Source of the DNA: Isosphaeraceae bacterium
GTDB lineage: Bacteria; Planctomycetota; Planctomycetia; Isosphaerales; Isosphaeraceae
NCBI GenBank assembly: GCA_965201075.1
Contig: CBDAVP010000007.1
Coordinates: forward strand, 186,001-250,000
Length of the DNA: 64,000 nt
Direction: 5' to 3'
The stretch's first letter is position 1. Each line of letters starts with the position of its first letter. Made by a program: the position numbers and the translations under genes. The notes beneath the pieces are model-generated. The model ran no database searches. It saw only the letters and a program-made list of their open reading frames with translations, and was not told the origin of the DNA. This document shows positions 18,702 to 28,886 of this stretch, piece by piece.

Positions 18702-20558
18702 TCAGAAGAACAACTGGAATCGCAGCCAGACCAGGTTGGCGTGGGTCCGCAGAGTATCCGGACCGTTGTAGACCGGCGTGTTGAACATCGAATATTGGTA
18801 GTCGAGGTAAATCTTGGTGTACTGATTCAAGTACCAGTTCAGGCCCACGTCGATCGCCTGGACCCGGTTGGTCCACAGGTTCGGGTCGGCCAGTCCAGCG
18901 GCGAAGACCTGCTTGCCGATGTTCAGGGTGCTGTACCGGCCGTAGACCTCGAACCCCCCGAGCCCCGTCAGTCGACCATTCTTGAAGGCAAGGTTTTTCT
19001 TCGGCTTGATGTCGACGCGTCTGGTGATTTCCTCGCCAGTCAGGAAGTAAAACGTCGTGACCTCGAACCCCTCGTAGGGGACACGGGTGCGGCTGGCGTT
19101 GGTTCCCGACTGGTAATCCTGGATCTCGCCGTCGTACTCGGCCAGAACGTTGAAGCTCTTGTAATACCATGCGGTCCATGCGGCCCACTGGGACCGATAG
19201 CCCCGTTCCATCACGTTGTTGTTGTAGCTAAAGAAGGTCGGCGAGAGGGACGAAACCACGGCGTTGCTGCCCACGCTGCTCTGGTCGTTGGCGGTGGTGA
19301 AGATCTGGGGTTGGAGAGGGTTGTCCTCGGTCCCAAAATTGAACGCCCCGCCCACGTTGAAATACTTGAGGGCCCGGAACTGCTCGAAGTTCTGGAGAGG
19401 ACGGATGTTGAAAAAGGTATAGAGGTCCTTGTCGCTGTTGAAGTCGCCGAACGACCGCCGGGGGCCGTTGAACACGCCCACCGCGTATTCGGAGCTTTTG
19501 TCGAAAATCTGACCGTGGAACATCGCCCCGTTTTGACGGTTGCCGGCGAGGTTGCCAATGAAGATCGACCGCTCCGGGGCGATCAGGTCACCTTCGGCGA
19601 TCTGGTAATACTCGTAAGAGGTTGGCGTCTTGGTACGGCCAACGCGGAACTGGATTCGGGGGTCGTAGTTGAAGTTGATGAACGCGTCGAGGAGGTCGAG
19701 CGATCCGTAGCCGCGGTTGATGACGGTGTAGAACTCGATGTTCTTGGTCACTCGCCCGGTGAAGTACCAACGTTGTCGGGGGATGAAGAACTGGGTTTTG
19801 CTAGGGCTCTGGTTGCCGGCCCCGGGGAAGTTCCGCAATTCCGCCTGGGTCAGATCGTGGAACTGAAGCTGGAATTCGCCGTCCTCGGAATCGAACCGGA
19901 CGCCGTTACCGAAAGTGATTTTGACCGGCTTGCTTTCCCCCTCCTTGCCGCGGCGGCCGATGGTCCCCTGGGCCCCCCGGCCCCCGCCCCCGCCTCGGGT
20001 GGTGTCGCCACCGGCGTTGCCGCCACCGCTGAGATTGCCGCTGCCGCCGTCCTCGCCGGTGTTCGAGCCCGAATAAGGGTTAACGCCCACGCGGGCGCCG
20101 CCGGTCCCGTCGGCCCCTCCGCCCTGGTTCGGGTCGCCGCCCGCGTCGTTGCCCGCCATCGCTTGAAGCCCGGCATTGTCGCCCACACTGTCGTCATCAC
20201 CATTGCCGCCGCCTCCACCGCCGTCACCGGCTGGGGCCGCTCCCCCTTCGCCCGTCGGGGGTGGCGGAACCTGCACCTGCCCCTTGAGCGTGTCGAAGTC
20301 CTTGGAAAGTCGGTCGTACCGCTCCCCCTGAACCCGCTCCATCTCGGAGTAGCGATCCAAGAGCTTGCGGTTGGTCTCTTCCAACTGCCGGAGCCGCTCC
20401 ATCAGGGCAGCCTCGCCCGTCAGCGGGGGACTCGCTGGCGCCACCTCGGCCGCCGGCGGATTGGCCGTGGGGACCGGGGGCGTCTCCTGGCCCGGGACCA
20501 GGCGTGCCGGGCCTCCGAGCAGAAGAAGACCGGCGATTCCAAGGGCGATTCGTCGCAT
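18702..20558 (-). CDS. OprO/OprP-family (phosphate-selective-like) porin
   Basis: Signal peptide, coiled coil, Gly-rich linker, FIPRQRWYFTG, LDAFINF, PERS, GLNWYLN, terminal RFQLFF. Confidence 0.85.
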   Translation of the reverse strand: MRRIALGIAGLLLLGGPARLVPGQETPPVPTANPPAAEVAPASPPLTGEAALMERLRQLEETNRKLLDRYSEMERVQGERYDRLSKDFDTLKGQVQVPPPPTGEGGAAPAGDGGGGGGNGDDDSVGDNAGLQAMAGNDAGGDPNQGGGADGTGGARVGVNPYSGSNTGEDGGSGNLSGGGNAGGDTTRGGGGGRGAQGTIGRRGKEGESKPVKITFGNGVRFDSEDGEFQLQFHDLTQAELRNFPGAGNQSPSKTQFFIPRQRWYFTGRVTKNIEFYTVINRGYGSLDLLDAFINFNYDPRIQFRVGRTKTPTSYEYYQIAEGDLIAPERSIFIGNLAGNRQNGAMFHGQIFDKSSEYAVGVFNGPRRSFGDFNSDKDLYTFFNIRPLQNFEQFRALKYFNVGGAFNFGTEDNPLQPQIFTTANDQSSVGSNAVVSSLSPTFFSYNNNVMERGYRSQWAAWTAWYYKSFNVLAEYDGEIQDYQSGTNASRTRVPYEGFEVTTFYFLTGEEITRRVDIKPKKNLAFKNGRLTGLGGFEVYGRYSTLNIGKQVFAAGLADPNLWTNRVQAIDVGLNWYLNQYTKIYLDYQYSMFNTPVYNGPDTLRTHANLVWLRFQLFF

Positions 20559-20681
20559 GGCCCACCTTCCATCAATTCCCGAAAGAGGCGGTGTTACGCG
20601 ACACGGGGGGGAGGGTATGGCGTCGCTCCGAACCAACACTCCTGGACCCGACTCCATGCCTGGAGACGCGCCTTTTCACGA

Positions 20682-22466
20682 CTAGAACCAAAGTTGCAAG
20701 CGAAGCCAGAGCAGATCATTCCTCGATGCCACGCCACCCGGCCGGTTGTACACGGGCTGGGCGAACATTGCATGTTCCCAATCAAAGTACACTTTGACCC
20801 ATTTGTTCAAATACCAGTTCAGCCCGATATCTACCAATTCGGCCCGATTGGTCCATAAATTTGGGTCGGCCAGCCCCGCAGTGAACACCTGACGACCCAA
20901 GTCCAGCTCGCTATACCGACCGGTCACCTGGAACGCCCCGAGTCCAAACTTTCCGCGCCGCAGGTCGAACGACTTGAGCGGCTGCACCAACCCAAGGTTT
21001 TCGACCGTCTCCCCCGTCAGAAAAAATCCGCCCTGGACGTAATACCCACCCACCGGCACCCGCACCGGGCGATCCGCCGGCCCGTTCTGGGCGTAGCTAT
21101 CGAACCCGCTATCCCAGGCCCCGAGCAGTGAAAGCCGCTTGTAGAAGTACGTCGCGTGCAACTCCCAAAGGGCCCGCACCCCTCGCTCCCGGACATTGTT
21201 ATTGAATGCGAGGAACGGAACCGAGGTGTTGCCGCTACCGGAGTTCAGCGTCGCCCCGTCGGTGTTGCCATTCGAGGAGGTCCGCAAGACCGCTGGAACC
21301 AGAGGGATATTTTCCAGGCCCGAGTCGACCGAGCCGCCCAGGCTCAGGTTTTTCAAGGCTGAATCGTCGAGCAGAAAGGGGCGGTAGTCCAGGAACGCGA
21401 TGACGTCCTTGCTGCTATTGGTGTCCTGATAAGAATTGCGGGGTCCATCGAAGATTCCCACGGCGTACTCCAGCCGCTTCTCATCGAGCAGGCCCCAGAC
21501 TTGCGCTCCGACCTGGCGGTTGGCTCCGAAGTTCAGCGCGAATAGTGACCGTTCGGGAGTCAGGAACTCCTGGGCCACTTCCTTGTACCATTCATAGGTG
21601 AACGGGGCCTTGAATCGCCCCCCGCGGACCTGGAGGCGGTCGTCGTAGTGGAAGTTCAGGTAGGCGTTGAGCACGTCGAAGCTACCCAGCGACCGCTGTA
21701 ACGCGAGTTGGTACTCGATCGGCCGGGTCAACCGACCGCTGAAGAACAAGCGCATTCGGGGAACGTCGAAATCGTTGAGGACCGGGTTCTGGTTCTTCGT
21801 CAAATAGTCGCGAGAGTCGACCTGGAGCAGGGCGTTGACGCGCAACTGGAATTCATCATCATCCGACTGGAAGGTGTAGCCGAACCGGTCGCGGTCATAA
21901 AACGCCTTCATCGGGACCTTGCCGCGGCCCCCCTTGCCGACCGAGGGGTTGACCTCCGCCGCCCCTCCGCCCAAGGCCCGCGTCCCACTCGCCGAGGAGC
22001 TGAGATTCGCGCCGTCGCCCGGCTGGGTTCCACCCCCGGGCCCCGCCCCAGACCCAGACCCGGCCGCACCCGCCGCCGAGGCATTGGTGTTTGCCACCCC
22101 GCCGCCCCCGCCTCGGGTCCCACTGGCCCCCGGGGTCGGCCCGCCCTCCTCGGGCGACAGGACATCCGAGCTCCCCTCCTCCAGGCGATCCGAAAGGTCC
22201 TGGACTCGCTTCGACAACTCCTCATTCCGCTGGTTCACGGCTTCGTATTGCTTGAGGAGCCGGTCATTCACCTCCTCCAACCGCTTCAGACGAGACCCCA
22301 CAGCCTCGGTCGGCCCTGTTTCGGCAAAACCCTCGGCTCCTTCCTGAGCCCGGATCTCTTGCGGCCCATTGGCCCCAATCGCAAATACGCAGGCGATCGC
22401 CCACAGGATGCGTCCGTCCCAAATTTGACGCAAGTCGCGATCCATGCGAATGATGGCTCCGCCCAT
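20682..22466 (-). CDS. OprO/OprP-family porin (tandem paralog)
   Basis: Same architecture; FDVPRMRLFFSG, GRFKAPF, PERS, GLNWYLN, terminal RLQLWF. Confidence 0.85.
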   Translation of the reverse strand: MGGAIIRMDRDLRQIWDGRILWAIACVFAIGANGPQEIRAQEGAEGFAETGPTEAVGSRLKRLEEVNDRLLKQYEAVNQRNEELSKRVQDLSDRLEEGSSDVLSPEEGGPTPGASGTRGGGGGVANTNASAAGAAGSGSGAGPGGGTQPGDGANLSSSASGTRALGGGAAEVNPSVGKGGRGKVPMKAFYDRDRFGYTFQSDDDEFQLRVNALLQVDSRDYLTKNQNPVLNDFDVPRMRLFFSGRLTRPIEYQLALQRSLGSFDVLNAYLNFHYDDRLQVRGGRFKAPFTYEWYKEVAQEFLTPERSLFALNFGANRQVGAQVWGLLDEKRLEYAVGIFDGPRNSYQDTNSSKDVIAFLDYRPFLLDDSALKNLSLGGSVDSGLENIPLVPAVLRTSSNGNTDGATLNSGSGNTSVPFLAFNNNVRERGVRALWELHATYFYKRLSLLGAWDSGFDSYAQNGPADRPVRVPVGGYYVQGGFFLTGETVENLGLVQPLKSFDLRRGKFGLGAFQVTGRYSELDLGRQVFTAGLADPNLWTNRAELVDIGLNWYLNKWVKVYFDWEHAMFAQPVYNRPGGVASRNDLLWLRLQLWF

Positions 22467-22778
22467 CAGGGTCTGAAAAGCAGTTCAACCCGACCTTGAG
22501 ATCCGAAACGGACTTCGGTCATGGCTCGGAGCGCACGTCGAGCACGAGGGCTCCCGGCATAATGATCGGTCAACCCGAATTGCGTTCTTGAGGATTCGGT
22601 CGACCTTGACGGTAAAAACGATTTCGCCGGTACAATCTTCATGAGTTGTCCGGATTGTGGAAAGCCGGATTGCTTCGGGACAATTGTCGGAGTTAGACCG
22701 ACCCGCCATGATGGAGAATATGGGCCGGCGGGATCGCGTCGGCCCGTTGGGAACCACCTTCCACTCGTGAGACTAACC

Positions 22779-23354
22779 ATGACCATCCGTCGCTCGATCC
22801 GCCTGGCCGCCCTCCTCATCCTCGCTGGGTCGGCCGCTTTTGCCGAGGATACCCCTCAGAAGCCAGCCCACGTCACCAAGACCGACGCGGAGTGGGCCAA
22901 GCAGTTGACCCGCGAACAGTTCCAGGTCACGCGTCGCAAGGGAACCGAACCGGCCTTCCGCAACAAGTACGCGAACAATCACGCCCGCGGCACCTATGTC
23001 TGCATCTGCTGCGGAACCCCCCTGTTTAACTCCAGGACAAAATTCGAGTCGGGGACCGGCTGGCCGAGTTTCTTCCAGCCCCTGGACGCCAAGACGATCG
23101 CGACCAAGACGGATTACGATCTCGGCTATCCACGGAATGAGGTTGAGTGCTCCACCTGCGACGCCCACCTCGGCCACGTGTTCGATGATGGCCCCCCCCC
23201 TACCGGACAGCGTTATTGCATGAACTCCGCCTCCTTGAAATTCATCGCCGAGACCAAGGCCAAGGTGAAGGACAACGACAAGACCGCCGCCCCCGACGAG
23301 AAGTCCAAGCAAACAACCGCCGCCGATTCCAAGGGTGACAGCGAGGCCCCCTGA
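22779..23354 (+). CDS. msrB: Peptide methionine (R)-sulfoxide reductase with signal peptide
   Basis: GTEPAF, CICC, KFESGTGWPSF, CSTC, AHLGHVFDDGP, RYCMNS; Sec signal ending SAAFA. Confidence 0.95.
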   Translation: MTIRRSIRLAALLILAGSAAFAEDTPQKPAHVTKTDAEWAKQLTREQFQVTRRKGTEPAFRNKYANNHARGTYVCICCGTPLFNSRTKFESGTGWPSFFQPLDAKTIATKTDYDLGYPRNEVECSTCDAHLGHVFDDGPPPTGQRYCMNSASLKFIAETKAKVKDNDKTAAPDEKSKQTTAADSKGDSEAP

Positions 23355-23370
23355 CTGTCACCCATCATCG

Positions 23371-23409
23371 AGCGAGGCCGGCGTTGACCTCGAAAACGCT
23401 CGGCCTCGC
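23371..23409 (+). terminator. Hairpin after msrB
   Basis: GCGAGGCCG-GCGTT...AACGC-T-CGGCCTCGC inverted repeat. Confidence 0.55.
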
Positions 23410-23792
23410 CCTGCCAGGAACCTCTAGTCCAACGTCTTGGTCGATTTCAGGCGATCGTCTTGTGACCTCCCCGACCATTCACCAACCCCAAATCGCCCCT
23501 GCTAAGAAACGGACAGATGTGGGAGATGATACCCCCTCGACTCTCCGACATATCGATTCCCCGCAGACCCGAGAAATTTTCTGAACTGACCGAAAATGAT
23601 AAGTCTTTGGCCAAAAATTTACTTGGCCTGGTAGTGGACCCAGCCTACACTTTCCATTGACACCGCTCTAATCGACAATTCCTCCTTGATTCCAAGCTTT
23701 CCCGTTGGGATGTGCTTAGGTTTTGGCCGACCTCGGTCCGGCCGCGCCTCGGCACGTTTGCTGGGATCTCTACACCGATCCGGAGTTCCATC

Positions 23793-24870
23793 ATGAACCG
23801 CCGCCGTCGAGGGTTCACCCTCATCGAGTTGCTCGTCGTCATCGCCATCATTGGCGTGCTGATCGGACTACTGTTGCCCGCCGTCCAGGCTGCCCGTGAG
23901 GCCGCTCGTCGCGCCCAGTGCGTCAATAATCTTAAGCAGATTGGGCTGGGCATCCACAACTACATTTCGACGTACGCCGACACCCTTCCCTGGGGCGCTG
24001 GGGCCTGGGGCGGAAATGAGTGGTCCACCCACACGATGCTCCTGCCCTTTATCGAGCAGGGTGCCATTTATAATGCGATTAATTTCACCTGGGGTCAGCG
24101 GGTGACCGCGATGAATACGTCGGCGACCTATTCGGTCATCACGACATTCCTGTGTCCTTCGGATGTTGACCGAAACCTCTGGCCTTTCGGCCACAACAGC
24201 TATATGTCCAATTCCGGCTCCGGCCCCGAACGTCTTTTGCGGAGGGACCAACGGGAGTCTGGCAAGCGGACCCAGCGGCGGACCTTTCCTATTCGCCGGC
24301 TACGACCTTAACGGCGGGCCCTATCCCCCACCTTACCGCTCCGCCAACGGCCAGTCGACCCAGCCCGTGAGACTCCGAGACATCCTTGATGGGACGAGCC
24401 AGACGGCCGGCTTCAGCGAGCGGGTTATTGGCATCGGCACCCAGAACAGCCAGGTTCAAGACAATTTGAACCCCTCTTCCTCAGTGGTTTCCGCCGCCGA
24501 CCCGACCCCCAACGACACCACGCCCCAGGCGTTTTATCAAAGCTGCAAGTCAACGTCGCCCTACCCGCCCGTCAGCACCATCACCAGCCTCTGGAACACC
24601 GACAGCTCCGGTGGCGACTGGGACGCTGGCTTCCAGGTGCTCAACACTCGCTACAACCACGTCATGATGCCAAACACCTGGGGCTGCCAGTACAGCGGCG
24701 AGGGATTTGGCCGCGGCGCCTTCCCCGCCAGCAGCCGCCACCCTGGCGGCGTCAACGTCCTGTTCATGGACGGCTCGACCCGCAACATCAAGAGCAGCGT
24801 GGCCCCCACCGTGTGGTGGGCGATTGGCACCAAGGCCGGGGCCGAGGTTGTCTCCCAAAGCGACTATTGA
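23793..24870 (+). pseudogene. DUF1559 (prepilin-type N-terminal cleavage / H-X9-DG) gene with +1 frameshift
   Basis: [35 protein letters not shown] in one frame. ILDGTSQT and HPGGVNVLFMDGS..IK..VWWA in the next frame. The switch is at ~24221-24228. Confidence 0.85.
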
Positions 24871-24917
24871 ATGATGCGGGAGCGCCCGCTTTGGCGCTTC
24901 CTGGGGCGTCACCGAAC

Positions 24918-24946
24918 TGGCCCGGGTTGCCAAACAACCCGGGCCA
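24918..24946. terminator. Hairpin between convergent genes
   Basis: Perfect 12-bp stem TGGCCCGGGTTG-ccaaa-CAACCCGGGCCA. Confidence 0.65.
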
Positions 24947-24952
24947 ACTCAT

Positions 24953-25327
24953 TCAGCGGACGACCTCGATGTCGTAAGTATTCTCCCCTTCCTTGACGTC
25001 AAACGCGTTGGAGAATCCCGAGCCCGCCGCGGCTCCCCCTTCACGACTGTCAACCTGAACGGCGTTGGTGCCGACGTAGGTTTCCAGCTTGTACTTTCCG
25101 CCGTCCTCGACCTTGACCGAGACGGGGGCGACGTCCTTTCGCCTGGCGTTGGCGGGGTTGAAGATGACCGTGCCAACCTTCATCGGCTTCCCCTTGACCG
25201 TCACGGTACCGGAAACCGTCGCCTTGGTCATGGAGTCGGAGGCCGGAGGGGCCTTGACGCCTTCGGAGCAGCCCAGAGTCGCCACGGTGGCGAGCAGCAG
25301 GAGTCGTCGGGCGGGTTTCACTGGCAT
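24953..25327 (-). CDS. Small lipoprotein, carboxypeptidase-regulatory-like beta-sandwich (DUF1559-associated type)
   Basis: Lipobox TLGC; VSGTVTVKGKPM..GTVIF.P; terminal VKEGENTYDIEV. Confidence 0.75.
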   Translation of the reverse strand: MPVKPARRLLLLATVATLGCSEGVKAPPASDSMTKATVSGTVTVKGKPMKVGTVIFNPANARRKDVAPVSVKVEDGGKYKLETYVGTNAVQVDSREGGAAAGSGFSNAFDVKEGENTYDIEVVR

Positions 25328-25516
25328 GATTCGGTCCTTTCCCTGGTTCGACTGACACTCCAACCCACCGGGATCACCCTGCGAGGATCGAGATACCCGG
25401 CAAATTTCAGACATAGATGGGCATTCTTCCTCTTTATATCAAAAACAGGTGCGTCAACCTATCCCCCGAGAAAAATTGCGACGATCCTGGGACAAGCGGA
25501 CCGGCGTTTCCCCGCG

Positions 25517-26080
25517 TCATCCATCTCCAGCCAGGACCGTGAGGACCAACCCCCACTGAATGGGGAACGCGACGGCGAGTCCCAACCCGATCCGCTCGGT
25601 CCAGGGACGTTCGCGAGTCGGTTCGTCGGTCTCGCCCCAAGACCGCGACCAAGCCTCTCCCGCGGCCATCAGGCTCCCCAACGCGACCCCCGCCACCAGC
25701 AGCGACGACGATGCAACCTCGCCCCCTCCGGTCGTTCCCTCGATCACCCTCAGCAGCGCGGCCAACGACCACGGCAGACCCAAAATCGCCCAGAGCCGAT
25801 CTCCGGCGGCGGGATACCCCGGTGGACGGCGGGCGAAGCGTCGTGCCAGGAAGACCCAGGGGCCGGCCGACGTCAGACCGATCCACGCCAGCGTCCAGAA
25901 CCAGAACGCTCGACCCGCCAACCCTTCGGCCTCCGCCCCGAGCAGGCCCGTCCTCACCAACGACGCCGCGACCGCCACCCCCCCGACACCCGCGGCCAGG
26001 TCCAGCAAGGTCGCGCCGTTGCCGCTCGATCCGCCCTCGCCAGACTCCGCGTCCATCGCGATCTCCCAGGCCCGTCCCAC
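25517..26080 (-). CDS. Hypothetical integral membrane protein
   Basis: About five hydrophobic segments; start uncertain (26056 possible). Confidence 0.65.
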   Translation of the reverse strand: MGRAWEIAMDAESGEGGSSGNGATLLDLAAGVGGVAVAASLVRTGLLGAEAEGLAGRAFWFWTLAWIGLTSAGPWVFLARRFARRPPGYPAAGDRLWAILGLPWSLAALLRVIEGTTGGGEVASSSLLVAGVALGSLMAAGEAWSRSWGETDEPTRERPWTERIGLGLAVAFPIQWGLVLTVLAGDG

Positions 26081-26102
26081 CGGTCCGGCTCACTCGCCGC
26101 GA

Positions 26103-26131
26103 TTGCCCGGGCCGGGAACTTGGGATAGAAT
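26103..26131 (+). promoter_or_regulatory. Putative sigma70 promoter for der
   Basis: TTGCCC-17 nt-TAGAAT, ~105 nt upstream of the der ATG. Confidence 0.5.
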
Positions 26132-26236
26132 AGGCTAGTTGGACAACCATCGGACACTCCTCGACGCGGCTGGGGTGCCCGGGAACTCCCTGCCCCAGGG
26201 CTCGCACCAAGAGCGGGCCGAGGACGCGACCGCACC

Positions 26237-27775
26237 ATGCCCCTCCCCAAAGTCGTCATCGTCGGCCGGCCCAATGTCGGCAAGTCCTCACTCTTCAACT
26301 GGCTGGCGGGCCGCCGCATCGCCATCACCGACGACGTGGCCGGCGTCACCCGAGACCGCATCGGCACTCTGGTCCAACTCGGAGAGGACGACCCCGAGGC
26401 CAACGCCGAGGACGCTCCGCGCTTCTTCGAGCTGATCGACACCGGCGGCATCGGCATGGTCGACCGAGACGACCTGACCGAGGACGTCAATCGACAGATT
26501 GAACTCGCCCTCAACGAGGCAGAGCTTGTCCTGTTCGTCGTCGACGTCAAGGAAGGCCGCATGCCCCTCGACGAGGAGGTCGCCCAGCGCCTTCGCTACG
26601 CCGACACCCCCATCATCCTGGTCGTCAACAAGGCCGACACTCCTGACTTCGACGACCGCGGTGGCGACTTCTACAAGCTCGGCCGGGGCAAGCCGGTTTA
26701 TGTTTCGGTCAAGCAAAACCGCAACCGTGACGGCCTGCTGAAGCTTATCCGCGAGAAGCTCCCTCCCTCCGAGCGTCCCGCCGACGCGGTGATGAAAGTT
26801 GCCGTGGTCGGACGGCCCAACACGGGTAAGTCCACCCTCATCAACTCCCTGGCCAACGCCGAGCGGATGATCGTCTCCGAGGTCGCCGGCACCACCCGCG
26901 ATAGCGTCGACGTCCGCTTCGAACTCGACGGCCTCCCTTTCACGGCCATCGACACCGCCGGAGTTCGCCGCAAGGCCAAGATCCGCGATGATCTCGACTT
27001 CTACTCGATCCATCGCGCCGAGCGTTCGATCCGCCGAGCCGACGTTGTCCTCCTGTTCCTCGACCCGACCCAGTCGGTCTCTCGCCTCGACAAGCAACTG
27101 GCCGACTACATCGCCAAGCAGTACAAGCCCTGCATCTTCACCATCAACAAGTGGGACCTGATGCTTCAGGGCGAAGGCGGTCCCTCGACGACGATGATGG
27201 AAAAATACTCCGTCGCCGTCCAGCACGCGTTCCGCAACATGGCTTACATGCCGATGGCCTTCATCACGGCCAAGACCGGCAAGAACGTCAAGGCGCTGTT
27301 GAACCTGTCCCAGTCGATGTTCAAGCAGGCGAACCGCCGAGTCGGCACCGGCACCCTGAACCGCGTCTTGAGAGAGGCCGTCGCCGATCACGCCCCCCCG
27401 CCCCGCGAGAATCGTACCCCCAAGATTTTTTACGCCACCCAGGTCGGTACCGCGCCTCCCACCGTGGTCCTCTTCGTCAACCAGCCGTCGCTATTCGACG
27501 CCCCCTATCAGCGATATCTCCTGAACGTCTTCCGACAGCGCCTCCCCTTCCGAGATGTGCCGATCAAGCTCTATCTGAGGGCCCGGTCGCAGACCGACCT
27601 CGACGCGCCTCGCGCCCGAGACGCCGACCCCGCCGTCGACGCGGGATCCAAGGTCGGCAAGAAATCGAGGGCCCAGCTAGACCTCGTCGACGACGATTCC
27701 GAGGCCTTCGACAACCGCGACGCCTCTCCGCTCGACAGTGATATCAATCGCCTCCTGGCCGAGTCCGGTCAGTAA
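26237..27775 (+). CDS. der: Ribosome biogenesis GTPase Der (EngA)
   Basis: Two G domains: GRPNVGKS/GVTRD/DTGG/NKAD and GRPNTGKS/GTTRD/DTAG/NKWD; KH-like C-terminus YQRYL. Confidence 0.97.
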   Translation: MPLPKVVIVGRPNVGKSSLFNWLAGRRIAITDDVAGVTRDRIGTLVQLGEDDPEANAEDAPRFFELIDTGGIGMVDRDDLTEDVNRQIELALNEAELVLFVVDVKEGRMPLDEEVAQRLRYADTPIILVVNKADTPDFDDRGGDFYKLGRGKPVYVSVKQNRNRDGLLKLIREKLPPSERPADAVMKVAVVGRPNTGKSTLINSLANAERMIVSEVAGTTRDSVDVRFELDGLPFTAIDTAGVRRKAKIRDDLDFYSIHRAERSIRRADVVLLFLDPTQSVSRLDKQLADYIAKQYKPCIFTINKWDLMLQGEGGPSTTMMEKYSVAVQHAFRNMAYMPMAFITAKTGKNVKALLNLSQSMFKQANRRVGTGTLNRVLREAVADHAPPPRENRTPKIFYATQVGTAPPTVVLFVNQPSLFDAPYQRYLLNVFRQRLPFRDVPIKLYLRARSQTDLDAPRARDADPAVDAGSKVGKKSRAQLDLVDDDSEAFDNRDASPLDSDINRLLAESGQ

Positions 27776-27806
27776 GTCCGCTGCTTTTACCGTCGCAGAG
27801 GCCACC

Positions 27807-28715
27807 ATGCCCCCGATCCGCCGCCGAGCGTTCCTGGCCCAATCCCTCGCGGCGACCGGAGCCATTCTGGGAACGAACTCGCGTCCCGCCCTGGCCATTG
27901 ATCCGATCGCCCGGACCCGCCCCAGCCACTTGAAGCTCAGCCTCGCGGCTTATTCCTATCGAGACCTGCTGAAAGGTCCAAAACCTCAACTTGACATGTT
28001 CGGCTTCGTCGACCTGGCCGCAGACTTGGGCCTCGACGCGGTCGAGCCAACCTCCTACTGGTTCCCCCCCGACGTCGACGCGGCCTACCTGCACCGTCTC
28101 CGTCGTCACGCCTTCCGCCTCGGCCTGGACATCTCCGGAACAGCCATCCGCAACGACTTTTGCCTACCTCCGGGCGAAGCCCGCGACCGGGACCTCGATC
28201 ACGTTCGGGCCTGGATCGACCGAGCCGCCGAGTTGAACGCCCCGGTCGTCCGCGTTTTCGGCGGGACGGTCCCAAAAGATGACACCGAGGACACCGCGTT
28301 CGCACGAGTCGTGGACGGCCTCAACGCCGTTCTGCCCCACGCCAGCGAAAAAGGGGTCACCCTTGCCCTGGAAAACCACGGTGGGATCACCGAACGCCCC
28401 GAGCAACTACTGAAAATCGTCCGCGCGATCGACTCTCCCGACTTCGGCGTCAACCTCGACACCGGGAACTTCCGAGGCGCCGACCCCTACGCCGACCTTG
28501 CCCTACTGGCACCCTACGCGGTCACAGTGCAGGTCAAGACCGAGGTCGCCCCTAACGGTGGGCGCAAACAATCGGCCGACCTCGCCCGGTTCGTCAAGAT
28601 CCTGCGAGACGCTCGCTACTCCGGCTACATCGTCCTGGAACACGAAGCCGCCGAAGACCCCCGAACAGCGATCCCTGGACACATCCGAACCCTTCGCTCC
28701 CTCATCGATGGCTGA
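27807..28715 (+). CDS. Tat-exported sugar phosphate isomerase/epimerase (xylose-isomerase-like TIM barrel)
   Basis: IRRRAFL twin-arginine signal; LALENHG, VNLDTGNF, YSGYIVLE. Confidence 0.85.
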   Translation: MPPIRRRAFLAQSLAATGAILGTNSRPALAIDPIARTRPSHLKLSLAAYSYRDLLKGPKPQLDMFGFVDLAADLGLDAVEPTSYWFPPDVDAAYLHRLRRHAFRLGLDISGTAIRNDFCLPPGEARDRDLDHVRAWIDRAAELNAPVVRVFGGTVPKDDTEDTAFARVVDGLNAVLPHASEKGVTLALENHGGITERPEQLLKIVRAIDSPDFGVNLDTGNFRGADPYADLALLAPYAVTVQVKTEVAPNGGRKQSADLARFVKILRDARYSGYIVLEHEAAEDPRTAIPGHIRTLRSLIDG

Positions 28716-28799
28716 CCTTAACTGGACCATGCTAGGCGCACCTACTTTCGGTCTCGGTGAAGTTCTGGTCCCGCCTCCGACGCTCGTGCGAGGAGCCCC

Positions 28800-28829
28800 T
28801 TGACAGTCAGATCCACTCCCCTCTAGCAT
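28800..28829 (+). promoter_or_regulatory. Putative sigma70 promoter
   Basis: TTGACA-18 nt-TAGCAT upstream of GGAGG RBS and ATG 28887. Confidence 0.55.
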
Positions 28830-28886
28830 CAACGCCAACATCTCGGGCCACCCCCCCTCCGCTGGTTCCGTGGAGGATCGAACGCC

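Noticed and set aside
18513..20858. Long alternative ORFs (e.g. 18513-20858 +, 17188-19188 -, 57155-59302 +, 59595-61487 -, 1747-3372 -)
   Set aside because: Antisense shadows of well-supported genes, expected in high-GC DNA; no recognisable motifs.
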